64,000 nt of DNA, from the NCBI RefSeq assembly GCF_009914755.1, contig NC_060942.1. The stretch is one strand, 5' to 3'. The notes beneath the pieces are model-generated. The model had not been told where the DNA came from. It saw nothing but the letters and a program-made list of their open reading frames with translations, and searched no databases. The stretch is from the human T2T-CHM13v2.0 reference genome, Homo sapiens. Each line of letters begins with the position of its first letter. Position 1 is the stretch's first letter. Below, one piece after another: positions 53,342 through 64,000 of this stretch. A program made the position numbers and the translations under genes.

Positions 53342-54989
53342 CAAAGGTATAGATTTCTTTACATCTTTCTTGCCTCTTACAAGGGCCAGGATCGCCAGTG
53401 TACCATCAATGCTAGGTAGTTATCTTACTTGGGGACTATAGCATTTTGGGATTTAGAACTTGATGTCTGGCAAATCTGGGGAAATTTTCAGACATTATCT
53501 CTTCACATATTCCCTCTATTCTATTCTCTCTTTTCTCTCATTCTAAGAAGCTGGTGTGATTTAGGCCTCTTCACCATGACCTGTATATCTCTCTTACTTT
53601 CTTCTGTGTTTTCCATTCTTTTTGGCTCTCTGTGTGCTTCAATCTGGGTATTTTCTAATACTCTATTTCTAATTAATTATCTAATCTGTTATGTCTGTTA
53701 AAATATATCCATCTATTAAATTCTTAATTTTAGTTACTATAATTTTTAGTTCCAGATTTCCATACTATTCTACTTTATAGATTCCAGTTACCTGGCTAAA
53801 CTAGAATTTTATTTTGAATATATTAATTATTATTATATTCAAGTCCCTATCTTATCTATATCTTAAAATTCCAACTCCTGATTCACTTTCTGTTGTCTAT
53901 TTTTCCTCTTGGTTTTCAGTCATTCAGTCTTGTTTCCCACCTTCCTGGAAAGTTTTGATTGAATGCTGGATATTCTTACAAAAAAATTATAGTGACATGA
54001 TATAATGTTCTCTTTCTTCAGGTAGACAGGTAGAGTATTGGCATATAAGCTTGATGAAGTTGGGACTGGTCTATTTCAGGTTATCTTCTACTTCTTGAGT
54101 ACAGCCCTTTCAGGTTTCCAATTACAAAGCCTGGGGTATTCATATGGGCTCCTCTCTCTTGATTGGCTCTGCATGCTAATCCTTGACTCTCTAGTACCAG
54201 GAGACTGCCCAAGTCTCTGAGAAATTTTTGGCCTCTGAGCAGCAGCTTTTTTGCATTCTTTCTGAGAGTACTGCCTGCCACATGCATTGCTTTGGAGTAA
54301 ACAATGTCTCTAGGAGAAATTGTGCAACAACCATTCAGGTTCACCTCTCTGTGGTTTCCTTTTCTTTGGGATCTTTCTTCCTCAAATGATGTCTGTCTTG
54401 ATAGCTCTGAACTCCAAGTTTTGTCTCCCTACCCCTGGTGAGTCTGCCAAAGGCTCTAGGCTGCCACTTTCTGTTTGGCTTTGCTGCCATGATATGTGAA
54501 TCAGTCAAGGACCTGAGGGGAAAAAGCAGCCATAAATGCCAAGCTCAGTTCAATGCAATTCACTTGTCTTCAGGATCTTGGACCTTAATGTCTGGTTGCT
54601 TTAGTTTCTTTCTAATGCTTTCAAATAACCACTTTGCTTCTCTCCCCCAAGCCCTACACCTAATTCATAAATTTCCTGGTGGAAGGTTTTAGCTAATACC
54701 AGCAATAATATCATAGCCAGAAACAGAAATGTTTCTTGTTTTTACTGAATTCTATAAAAATAGAGATGGTAATTTCTGCCTGGCTTACCCCACGGGAAGA
54801 TCTAAAGTTAATTTAACCTGGAGAAAGGAAAATTAGTAAAAGAAGAAAATTAATAACTGATTTAGCAAGTTACTTGTCAAATCTTCATTGAGTAATCAAT
54901 TTGTAACAGGCATTGTTTAGTAAAAGAGAAAAAAATAAAAGGAAGGAAGCAAGGGAGGCAGGGAAAGAAGGAAGAGAGGGAAAGAGGAG

Positions 54990-55290
54990 GGAGAAAGGAA
55001 CACATCTCTGCTCCCATGAATCTTTTATTCTAGTACATTCAAATAGATTGTAGGTAAGTAAAAATTTACAAGATAATGATAACTGCTATTGAGATAATTA
55101 AAATAAGGTAGAGACTGTAAAATGACTACTTTAGATTAAGAGGATAGGGAGTAGGAAAAGGCTTTCTGAGGGGATGATATTAAAGCTGAGATCCTAATGA
55201 CAAGAAGACAGCAGCCATCTGAAGTTTAAGGGGAATAACATTTTAAATAAGAAGAATAGCTAATGCAAAGGTAAGCCCCAAGCCAAAAAC
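54990..55290 (-). mobile_element. L2 fragment
   Basis: 'ggaaaaggctttctgaggggatgatattaaagctgagatcctaatgacaagaagacagcagccat'. Confidence 0.7.
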
Positions 55291-55329
55291 GAGCAAGGTA
55301 AATCTAACTATCAATGTCAACAATTGCTG

Positions 55330-55516
55330 TGTGACACTTCTTATTTCTCTACTGCCTGATCCTCTCACCAGTCCCTGCTACTCAAGAAACCAACAAGGAG
55401 CTGACTGGCTAGGGAGACTGGAAAATGGAGTTTGTAGACTTTTAACGACAATAGTACAGAACAGAGTACAGATGGGTAAATATGGACCGAGAAACAATGA
55501 ATTAAAAACCAGCACA
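55330..55516 (-). mobile_element. ERVL 3' LTR, U3 end (LTR41-like), preceded by a polypurine tract
   Basis: The minus strand reads caaaagggtagac|tgtgctggttttt, an ERVL-type PPT followed by the TG start of the LTR. Confidence 0.7.
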
Positions 55517-56360
55517 GTCTACCCTTTTGTCTACTCATGCCTTTCTACACTTATTTAGGCTTCTAAACAGTGACAGTAACAACGACGTGTTTACCCCATA
55601 TGAGATTCAACCATCTTTTATGCAAATGATACTCTCAACTTCTTTTCCCAAAGATGACACAATGTCTCGGAAATTGTTTCTATCTTCAGATGATATTATT
55701 TTATTGGTAGTTAAGTCACAATCCCAAATTATTCTGTCACCTAAAGACTAAATTTTAAAAATAAGCATAATCTGTGCCTCTTACATAAAACAGTGAGAAG
55801 GGAGAAGAAAAAACATTTAATATATACTTAACAAACAAGAGAAAATTGTATGTAACTGTAACTAGATATGCAGCCATTACAACTTACATCTCTCACTCCC
55901 TATTCCATGTTTTTCTTACCCTGAACCATTACCATAATTTGTTAGAATTCCTTATTTGGGAGTAAACCAAGCTGTCATTTATGAAGGGGATAAATCTTAT
56001 CTATATTTGGTTGTTGATGTATCCATTAAATTGGGGCATGGAAACATAAGAGTATAGATGGGTGAATATGGACTGAGATACCCTCAGAAACCCGTGAGTT
56101 TCAGATGTATTTTCCTCTGTTATACTACGGCGAAACAATTATTTTTCCTTTTGATAGTCAGGATCAATCAACTTAACCAGAAAGTGGATTGATTCTTTCT
56201 CTACCTGTTGGTTTTGTGGCATAAGTACCAGTTGTCAGCCTTAACTTTCAGTTTCATTAAATTATTGTTGTTTATCTGGTGAAGGCATGCCTCTAGTGAG
56301 AACCAAGACCTTCTAATCAGTAGAGCCAAAAGGTAAGGGGCCAGACAGTAAAAGTTTTGC
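55517..56360 (-). mobile_element. ERVL internal relic: end of pol/dUTPase region, degenerate
   Basis: The minus strand has 'attgatcctgactatcaa' (IDPDYQ), 'gtcttggttctcactagaggcatgccttcaccagat' and 'ctgaaagttaaggctg', matching HERV-L dUTPase EVLVPEGGMLPPGD...WKLRLP...IDPDYQ. Confidence 0.8.
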
Positions 56361-56700
56361 ATCATATGCTACCTAAATATCAATCCCTCACTAATGATGT
56401 GCTGAGAAGGGTTCAGAGGAGGCACAGAGGAATGTATCAGGGAGAGAGACGCTGACTGTTGAAAGCTATGTGATCTTTGTCCTTTGTAGGCCAGGTGTGA
56501 TGGTAGAAGGTGTTGCCTTTGATATGTGCTCCCTAATTTCAGTTGGAATGATGGGATCCCAGAGAGGCAAGCTCCACATAGCAGCAGACAAGGTAGGCAC
56601 AATCATAACAGGCAAGAAAAATAGAGTGGCATCCAGAGTATGGCACACAGAATTCAGATGGATCACTGGAGATTACTAATTGATCATGCTTTCCTTAGAA
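56361..56700 (+). mobile_element. ERVL gag relic on the opposite strand
   Basis: ORF 56470..56679 VLCRPGVMVEGVAFDMCSLISVGMMGSQRGKLHIAA resembles HERV-L gag LLCRPDLTVGTAVTQLQNLNAMGIIGSRGGRGQVAA. Confidence 0.7.
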
Positions 56701-56731
56701 ATAGACACCATATTGTAGCAGTGCTTACCTA

Positions 56732-57079
56732 CAGATGGTCCCTGACATACAATGGTTTGATTTAAACTTTTTACACATTGCGATGATACAAATGCTATAC
56801 ACATTCAGTAGAAACCATACTTCAAGTACCTACACAACCATTTGTTTTTCACTTTCAGTACAATATTCAATAAATTACATAACATATTCAACATTTTATT
56901 ATAAAATAGGCCTTGTGTTAGGTGATTGTGCCAAACTGTAAGCTAATGTAAGTGTTCTGAGCACATTTGAGGTAGGCTATGCTAAGCTATTATGTTTGGT
57001 AGGTAAGGTGTATAAATGCTTTTTCAACTTATGATGGGTTTATTGGGACATAACCTCATCATAAGTTGAAGAGCATTTG
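56732..57079 (-). mobile_element. MER47A-like (TcMar-Tigger) DNA transposon, TA TSD
   Basis: ta|cagatggtccctgacatacaatgg ... catcataagttgaagagcatttg|ta terminal inverted repeats. Confidence 0.88.
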
Positions 57080-57304
57080 TATATCTTTCAGTGTTTATAA
57101 GCATTTCTTGAATTTCAGTTATGAAGTCATTATTCTTAAAAAAAAAAAAAGTGAAAGGAAACCTGAGTGGAAAGAAATTAGGAAGGACAACTAAGTTTTA
57201 GTCATGACTACACTATGGATTTTTTCATGACCATGGGCAAGAGACTTCTTTTGGGACCTCATCTTTTGTAATTATGAAGTGAGAATAACAAAATAATTTA
57301 AAAG

Positions 57305-57520
57305 ATAGTAATAGCTGGTATTTACTGAACACCTACAATGCAGCAAGTACTGTTTTAAACACATCAGTCGTCTCATCCAATCCTCTTATGACATGTGTCC
57401 TATTATTAAAACTCATCTTGCAGATGAGACGATTGAAACACAGAGACGTTAATAATCCATCCAAGCTTCAACAGTTTGTAAGTGTCAGTCCAAGGTCTTA
57501 AATCTACACACTTAATACCA
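57305..57520 (-). mobile_element. MIR SINE
   Basis: 'atttactgaacacctacaatgcagcaagtactgttttaaac...catcttgcagatgagacgattgaaacacagagacgttaa'. Confidence 0.8.
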
Positions 57521-58899
57521 CTAAGTCATGGATGAAGCCCCTTTAATCTCAGTTTCAATGTCTGCGGTTTTCTTTTAAGTCTCAAAATGGCCCAACCTGA
57601 TCCCCAGAAATGACCAATTTTAGGGAAACAGAAACCAGCTTTCTGCAAGTGGGCTGATTGTGTAACTTAACTCAGGTGGACTAAATTGGCTGTAAATTCT
57701 TTTACCAGGCATCTATGCCCTACAGGCTTCTGGGCGCTAGAACAAAAATAACAAAGTGCATAATGATCACAACAGGGACAACTTGCCCAAACAAATCTAT
57801 GTGTGCCAAAGCACAGGAGAGAGGAAAAGAAATAGTTTCCTATCTACACCACTGATCATTCTAGGAGACTACTTCATAAATGGTTGCCAAAGCAGAAAAG
57901 AGGGTGATGGTGGGTGGGAAAGCGGGGTTACAGGGCATCGCAGAATGGCATGGAATCATGGGAAGGCACTGGCCTAGATGTGGGACACTCACGCTCCAGT
58001 CCTGCCTCTGACTCTAAACTACTGCACAACATTGAACATGTTATAATCTCCACTGGATATTAGTACTAAAGGAATCATCAGTTTGAAATTCCAGATTTTA
58101 CAGATGAGAAAATGGAGGTCCAACAAAGTGCAGCCAAACCTCAGTTGAACTATTCAGAATCCCCAGGCCTTCTTTCTGTCCACACTAAGCCATTTTACAA
58201 GCCTAAGGCTATTCATTATTCTGACCATCGATTTTCTCATCTGTATAATGGGAATAACCTGACACACTCTAACCATCTGCTATAGGTGATTACACAAGAT
58301 TAAATGAGGTAATATATGAGGTTGTTTTTAAAAGTGCATACCATTCAAATGCCACTGGCCTGAGGGGTTTGGAATGTAACATTTTTCTTCTCACTGGATA
58401 ACCCATTTCTACAGACTGTAGCAAGAATGCCCTAAGGGTCTCCAGAAACAGACTTGGAGTTCAAAAGAAGATAAACATCATTTAAGGTCAACCCATGAGT
58501 TAGAACTAAGAGGAATAGAATGGAGGAATGGGAAATTTTAAGGAGATGGTGAAAAAGAAACTCATAAAATATAATTTGGCAAACCACAAAATTTTCTCTG
58601 CAGAGACAAATTGATCACTGTACTGCTTGCATCATTCAAGCTCACACCAGACACAGCACTTCAGTATGCACCAGGTGGGTGATCTGCCATAAGCATAGAA
58701 GCAAGCAAAGGTATCCTAAGTTGGGCTTTCTGTTTTTCAGCCCACAGGCTTTCTGCTAATGTGTCCTGTCTCCTCCTCAGCCTGGACACAATTGTCCCGC
58801 ATGGCCTGGTCATCCCTGATGGCTTTAGTCAGCCAACTTTTAAATAATGGTGCATCTAGGCCCATGTGTTCTCATTTACTGTGCAACTACTTTTTGCTT

Positions 58900-59140
58900 A
58901 GCTATCATCCAATGCTTATTATGAGCCCAAGCCCACACTGAGTGCTTTGTGTATATTGTCTTATTTAACTCCCCCAACACCACAATGAAGTAAGTCATTG
59001 AATGCTTTTGAGATGCTAATGTAATCCTCATTTACCAAGCAAATATCCTGAGGGCCAGAGAGGAACCAGCAAGTGGAGGAGCCAAGTCTGAAACCAAGAC
59101 AGTCTGAACCTAGGGTTTGTACTTTTAACACCCTGCAATT
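58900..59140 (-). mobile_element. MIR SINE
   Basis: 'tgctttgtgtatattgtcttatttaactcccccaacaccacaatgaagta...gagccaagtctgaaaccaagacagtctga'. Confidence 0.7.
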
Positions 59141-59939
59141 TTGTCATCTTGGTTGTTTCATTGTCTTGAGCTATAATTTCAACCCAGTTGCACCAGGGAA
59201 TGAATCTCTTGAGTTACTTTCCAAGGAATTTTTGTTTTTACAGATATTTAAGAAGCTCTCACATTGATGAAAAATTAACCTTATTCTATATAGCTTTAGA
59301 AGTTAAAAATGAGACTCAATGGCTGAAAAAACCTAGCCCAACTTCAGCTTACTGTAAAAAAGACTTGTGTTTTCATGGAAGTGGTCCAATGAATGGAAAC
59401 AGCTATTTTGTGAGTGTGGCAAGCAGAAATTATTGTTTAAGAAGAGATTGTCAGAGACCACCTGTTAAGGATTGCTGCCATGCTGAGGGGGGATTTCTGT
59501 TTGGAAGCTCCTAAAGTCATGGCTACTCTGAAATCTTACAAGTCTATGACCAGCAGGTCTCAATAAAGAATAAGTAACATCTTGTTAAGCATGGCCTTCT
59601 GTGGTGATTTTACACCAAGGATAATCTGAACAATCTCCTAAAATGAGAGTCGAGAAACTAATTCTGTGTATTGAGAAAGGGAATACTTCTCCTGAGTTTG
59701 ATCTATTTTAAAGCCATCATGCTATTCTCTGTCTGAAAACTTTTCTCTATTTCAGTTACCGAATTTAACTATTCCTTCTTCATGGCCATTTCAAGTCTCA
59801 CCACGTCCACAAAGAGTTTCCCTGGGCCATCCCAGGCCTTGACACTACTCTCTTCTCAAACTCTTGCAACACTTTCTCTTCTCTGAAAATCAATACAGTA
59901 CCATCCTACTTGCAAAAAAAGCACTGTTGGAGCTGTCAG

Positions 59940-60400
59940 GTTGCAGAAGAGTCAATGACCATTCAGAAGGAGGATACTCAAGAAAAGACTTTGAAAGAAA
60001 AATGTGACCTGGAGCTAAATCCTAAAACATTGACAGTCAGCCCAGGAGGGTAAAAAATATGTCTGATCTTCTGATGGAAGCTTAGCAGTTAGCACAGTAG
60101 CTAGCACATTATAGAGGCTAAAAGCATGTATCAAAGGAAAAAGAGAGGAAGGAAAGGAAGAACATGTGGAGGAGGGGAGAGAGGAAGGGGAGAAAGGAAG
60201 CCAAAGTGGTCCAGGCATGTTTGTGTAATACTGAGGAGAGCAAACTAGTGAGAACAATGTGTATCTGTGTTGAGCAGTGGCTATTGGGGAAAATGAGCAG
60301 TGTAGGCTCCAATTAAGAAGAGCCCAGAGAGTTGGGATGAGAACTTGAGGCTGGCTGTAGAGAGATTTATAACATTCTGAATAGCATCGATGATTTTTTT
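59940..60400 (-). mobile_element. L2 fragment(s)
   Basis: 'caagaaaagactttgaaagaaaatgtgacctggagctaaatcctaaaacattga'. Confidence 0.55.
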
Positions 60401-61619
60401 GGCTTCTTTATTAGACCGCAAGTCATGTGAGAACATGGTTCTCAGCCTATTCTTCTTGATATCTTCAGCTGATTTAGCTATGTATAATATTTGATTGAAA
60501 AATAAATAAGCAAATGAATAAACCAGTCTCTGCCTAGTCATCCCAGAGATGAATTGATTTTTCACACCTTGCCAACATTCTGGTACTCGCCACAATGTTG
60601 GACACTCTCACACATAGAAGAGCCAAAGAAATGTGACCATTTCTTCAACTCGGACACTACGAAGTGACATTTAATGAACTTTCTTCTAAAGAGGGTATTT
60701 ATCATTAAATCAATCTCACTTTTCCAGTGCTATTCAGAAACTCCCAGTCTACACTGGCAGCCAATTTCCAATTCCCAGTCATGCTCTTGAAACAGAACTG
60801 AACAGAAAGTTTACTGAGAGACTTTTAAATTGCCCCCAATCCCTGGAAAACACTTTATTGAAAGTGTTTCAGCCCCTTTTTTCCTGACTAGAATATCTTT
60901 AAATCAATTATAATTCATCCTTCAGAAGATGGTCATATTAAAATTGAGTTTTGTAGAAGAGTAGAAAGGAAGAGGACTTGGTCAGAGAGTTCTGACCTCA
61001 AATATTGTCTTTGCTACTTACTAATCCTGAAAAAGTTACCTTCTCTAGGTCTCAGTTTCTTAATCCGTAAAATTATACCAATGCCTACTACATTTTTGTA
61101 CATTATAGTAACATTTTTGCACATCAGTTTTATACATATATACACATATAAATATATACGTATATAATATACATATAATGTATATAAAATATATACATGT
61201 ATGTGTATTTTTATGTAAATATTAACAAAATTCAATCTGATCATTTTTTTTTCCTAGGGAAACAGACCTGCTTTTCTCAGCAAAGACTCTTGTCCTAAAA
61301 CTGTCTTATTCCATTCTTCCATTAAAACATAACTTTCTCTTTGACATCCTCTTAGGGTCCAGCATTTGACTAGTAAGGTACCTTTTCAGACTAAGGTGTT
61401 AGTAGAACATTTCTTTGTGATGGAGTATTCCCATTTTTAACTAGAAAATTCTGGATATCTTACCCTGATAGATTTTAATCTTAATATTATTAAACATTAT
61501 TAAATTGATAAATCTATGCTGATAGAAAGCCATTAAGAAATAAAGTTGGGGTTTAATTGCTTGGGGATAACTTTACATTTTTAAAAACTTCTTCTGCATA
61601 GGTGACTATGTCGTAGGTT

Positions 61620-62520
61620 AATCATGAGCTTGTAACTGAACCAAAGCCAACAAAATGCATTTCAGTAGAATAAACATAAGGCCCTATGTTTAGATTCAAA
61701 ACATCCACTTGACAAATAGAAGATGGAGCTTATTTTAGAAATACATGCAAAAATGTGACAGTATTATTTGACTACAAGTTGGGGGTGTTTAAAAGGCTTA
61801 CACAAAATTAGGTCAGTCACATTTATACATCTGTCAAATCGGTATCATGAGACAATATAGCTGGTTCCACTGTGATGGCTGGACTATAGGTGGAACTCAA
61901 GATAACCTATTTTAAGATACCCTGCCAAAAGAAGACAATGAAAGGTCTAAATATCATGTCAAATGAGATTCACCTGAGGCAAATGGGCATCTCTACCCAG
62001 AAGACTAGAAGATTAAAAGAAAATACAAATAATTAAGAGACTGTTATAAGAAAGAGAAAAAAGCTGGGCATAGTGGCTCACACCTGTAATCCCAGCACTT
62101 TGGGAGGCCGGGTGGGTGGATCACAAAATCAGGAGTTCAAGACCAGCCTGGCCAAGATGGTGAAACCCCGTCTCTACTAAAAATACAAAAATTAGCCGGG
62201 CGTGGTGGCAGGCACCTGTAATCCCAGCTACTCGGGAGACTGACGCAGAGAATTGCTTGAACCTGGGAGGCAGAGGTTGCAGTGAGCTGAGATCGAGCCA
62301 ATGCACTCCAACCTGGGCAACAGAGTGAGATTCTGCCTCAAGAAAAGAAAGAGAAAAAAGAGAGGTGACTCTAAAGGACAGAATTAAGACGACTTGTTAG
62401 GAACGGTGAACACATCTATTTTGCTGCATATAAGAAACGGCTTTCGAGTAAGTAGAGCTACACAAAAATGGAAGGGTCTATTTCACAAAGAAATAACTTA
62501 CTGTTTTCTGCAACTTCAAA
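61620..62520 (+). mobile_element. L3/CR1 LINE relic, interrupted by an Alu
   Basis: 'gccaacaaaatgcatttcagtagaataaacataaggccctatgtttagattcaaaacatccacttgacaaatagaagatgg' resembles the CR1 RT C-terminal NKMKFNxxKCKVLHLG region. Confidence 0.65.
62062..62344 (+). mobile_element. AluSg4-like with a 16-bp TSD and almost no A tail
   Basis: 'ggccaagatggtgaaaccc' and 'gcagagaattgc'. TSD aagaaagagaaaaaag at 62048-62063 and 62345-62360. Confidence 0.95.
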
Positions 62521-62546
62521 GCCTAGTGTAGTTCTTGACTCATGGT

Positions 62547-62665
62547 AGAAGAAGGGAGGGAGGGGAAGAAGGGAGGAAGGGGAAGAAGGAAGACGGGAAG
62601 GAAGGAGGGAAGGGAGAATGGAGGGTAGAAGGAGGGAAGAAAGTGGGAGGGGAGAAGGGAGGAAG
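62547..62665 (+). repeat. GA-rich polypurine tract
   Basis: Direct read, (GGA/GGGA/GAA) mosaic. Confidence 0.9.
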
Positions 62666-62984
62666 TTGCCCTCTCAACTCACAGCTAGAGCCAGCCCCTT
62701 TTCCCTAAATAGATCAGGATTTCTTATTAAAACCACATCACCTGCCCTTTCCCAGAAAGTTTCCTCAATCACCACCTGGTCCAAATTTGCTTTAAACGGA
62801 CTCTTTCACAGTGAAATTCCACTTCGAACTTAACCTAACTCTGAAAGGCAGGGCATGACAAAAGTGTTCATTTTCCTAACTGGAAAAAAAAAAAATCTTG
62901 AAATTTCTCACATATATTTTTATTCTTTTCTATTATAAATGTTAGACATAGTGCAGTTTCAGCATCTGCCAGCAAAATATATAC

Positions 62985-62987
<3 letters not shown>

Positions 62988-63017
<30 letters not shown>
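62988..63017 (+). repeat. (TA)n microsatellite
   Basis: Direct read. Confidence 0.95.
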
Positions 63018-63021
<4 letters not shown>

Positions 63022-63404
63022 ATTGTGGAATAAAATTTCGTCAAAATAAGGGAAGATGGGTGAAGGACACATAACAATTTTTAATAGAACCATATTTTCT
63101 TAAACCTTAAATTCCAGTATTCAATATATCTTTGTTGAGTAAAATTTGTTTGTTCATGCTTAGAGATTTCATATAGTCCAGTCCTGAGTCTAATCAGAAA
63201 TTCCTGTTACATTTAAAAGAGTTTCATAGCATCGACTTGTTTTTTAAAATTTTAACGACAAAAAAAAAAAAAAAAGCACGAAATGGCCATTCTGTAACAG
63301 TCACTTAATTCACCTTGGTAATATGCCTTAACTATGCATCATCCCTTTTGGTTGACTCTGATGGACCTGATTTCTGACATATCCTTTAGGATGATCTAAA
63401 GAAC

Positions 63405-63590
63405 AACCTGAGAGTTGTAATCAGGAAATCTGGGTATTAGTCCCAGATCCACTACTTCGTAAACGTGTGGCCTTGGGCAATTCCCATAGCTCTTCTGGGC
63501 CCCAATTTTCTCAGATGTAAAAGGAGATAAAATTATTACTCCATTTTACCTGTCTGCCTTATTGCAAAATTATCTGACATATCCTATATG
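63405..63590 (+). mobile_element. MIR fragment
   Basis: 'gtgtggccttgggcaattcccatagctcttctgggccccaattttctcagatgtaaaagg'. Confidence 0.75.
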
Positions 63591-63615
63591 ACAGGCTTTA
63601 GTAATCTGTGAAGAG

Positions 63616-63919
63616 TTTTTTTTTTTTTTTTGAGATGGAGTTTCACTCTTGTAATCCAGGCTGGAGTGCAGTGGCACAATCTCAGCTCACTGTAACCTCT
63701 GCCTGCCTCCTGGGTTCACGCCATTCTCCTGCCTCAGCCTTCCATGTAGTTGGGATTACAGGTGCCCACCACCACACCTGGCTAATTTTTTGTATTTTTA
63801 GTAGAGATGGGGTTTTGCCACGTTGGCCAGGTTGGTCTTGAACTCCTGGCCTCAGGTGATCTGCCTGCCTCAGCCTCCCAAAGTGCTGGGATTACAGGCA
63901 TGAGCCACCGCACCCTGCC
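63616..63919 (-). mobile_element. Alu, AluSq/Sp-like
   Basis: 'gagatggagtttcactcttgt' is Sq/Sp-type. Degenerate TSD tgtgaagagtttt / tgcaaagactttt. Confidence 0.96.
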
Positions 63920-64000
63920 TGCAAAGACTTTTAAATAGCATAGACATCCTTGTCCTTCACAAGTTTATGAGCAAACAAAAATATCCTTATCTCATTCTCA

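Larger units (their letters stand above)
51000..54730 (-). mobile_element. Old L1 (L1ME-like) 5'/ORF1 region hosting a nested MLT1 and L1PA
   Basis: 'ttttggtgggtatagaattctaggtt', 'gcaaatctggggaaattttcagacattatctcttcacatatt', 'ccatctattaaattcttaattttagttactataatttttagttccaga'. Confidence 0.7.

Overview
Simian primate (human-like) non-coding genomic DNA: AT-rich, CpG-depleted, with no CpG island and no supportable protein-coding gene, tRNA, rRNA or CRISPR array. It reads as a gene desert or a very large intron, and I cannot name the locus. Much of it is fossil mobile elements: 9 Alus (J, S and Y types), L1 fragments (L1PA to L1ME), many L2 and MIR pieces, an L3/CR1, MaLR and ERVL LTRs, an ERVL internal relic (gag, dUTPase), and the DNA transposons MER81, MER102, MER47A and MADE1. 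It also has microsatellites and a ~1 kb AT-only block. The ORF track is explained by repeats and chance. I did not find a new encoded biological system. The most notable unexplained structure is three dispersed, same-orientation local copies (243, 104 and 33 bp), each with the donor 0.6-3 kb to the left and short junction homologies. Alongside these are a tail-less L1 capture with a junction hairpin and an inversion inside an ERVL relic, which together look like repair-templated insertion scars. Subfamily names come from recalled consensus sequences and need RepeatMasker/Dfam confirmation. Coordinates of old repeats are approximate.
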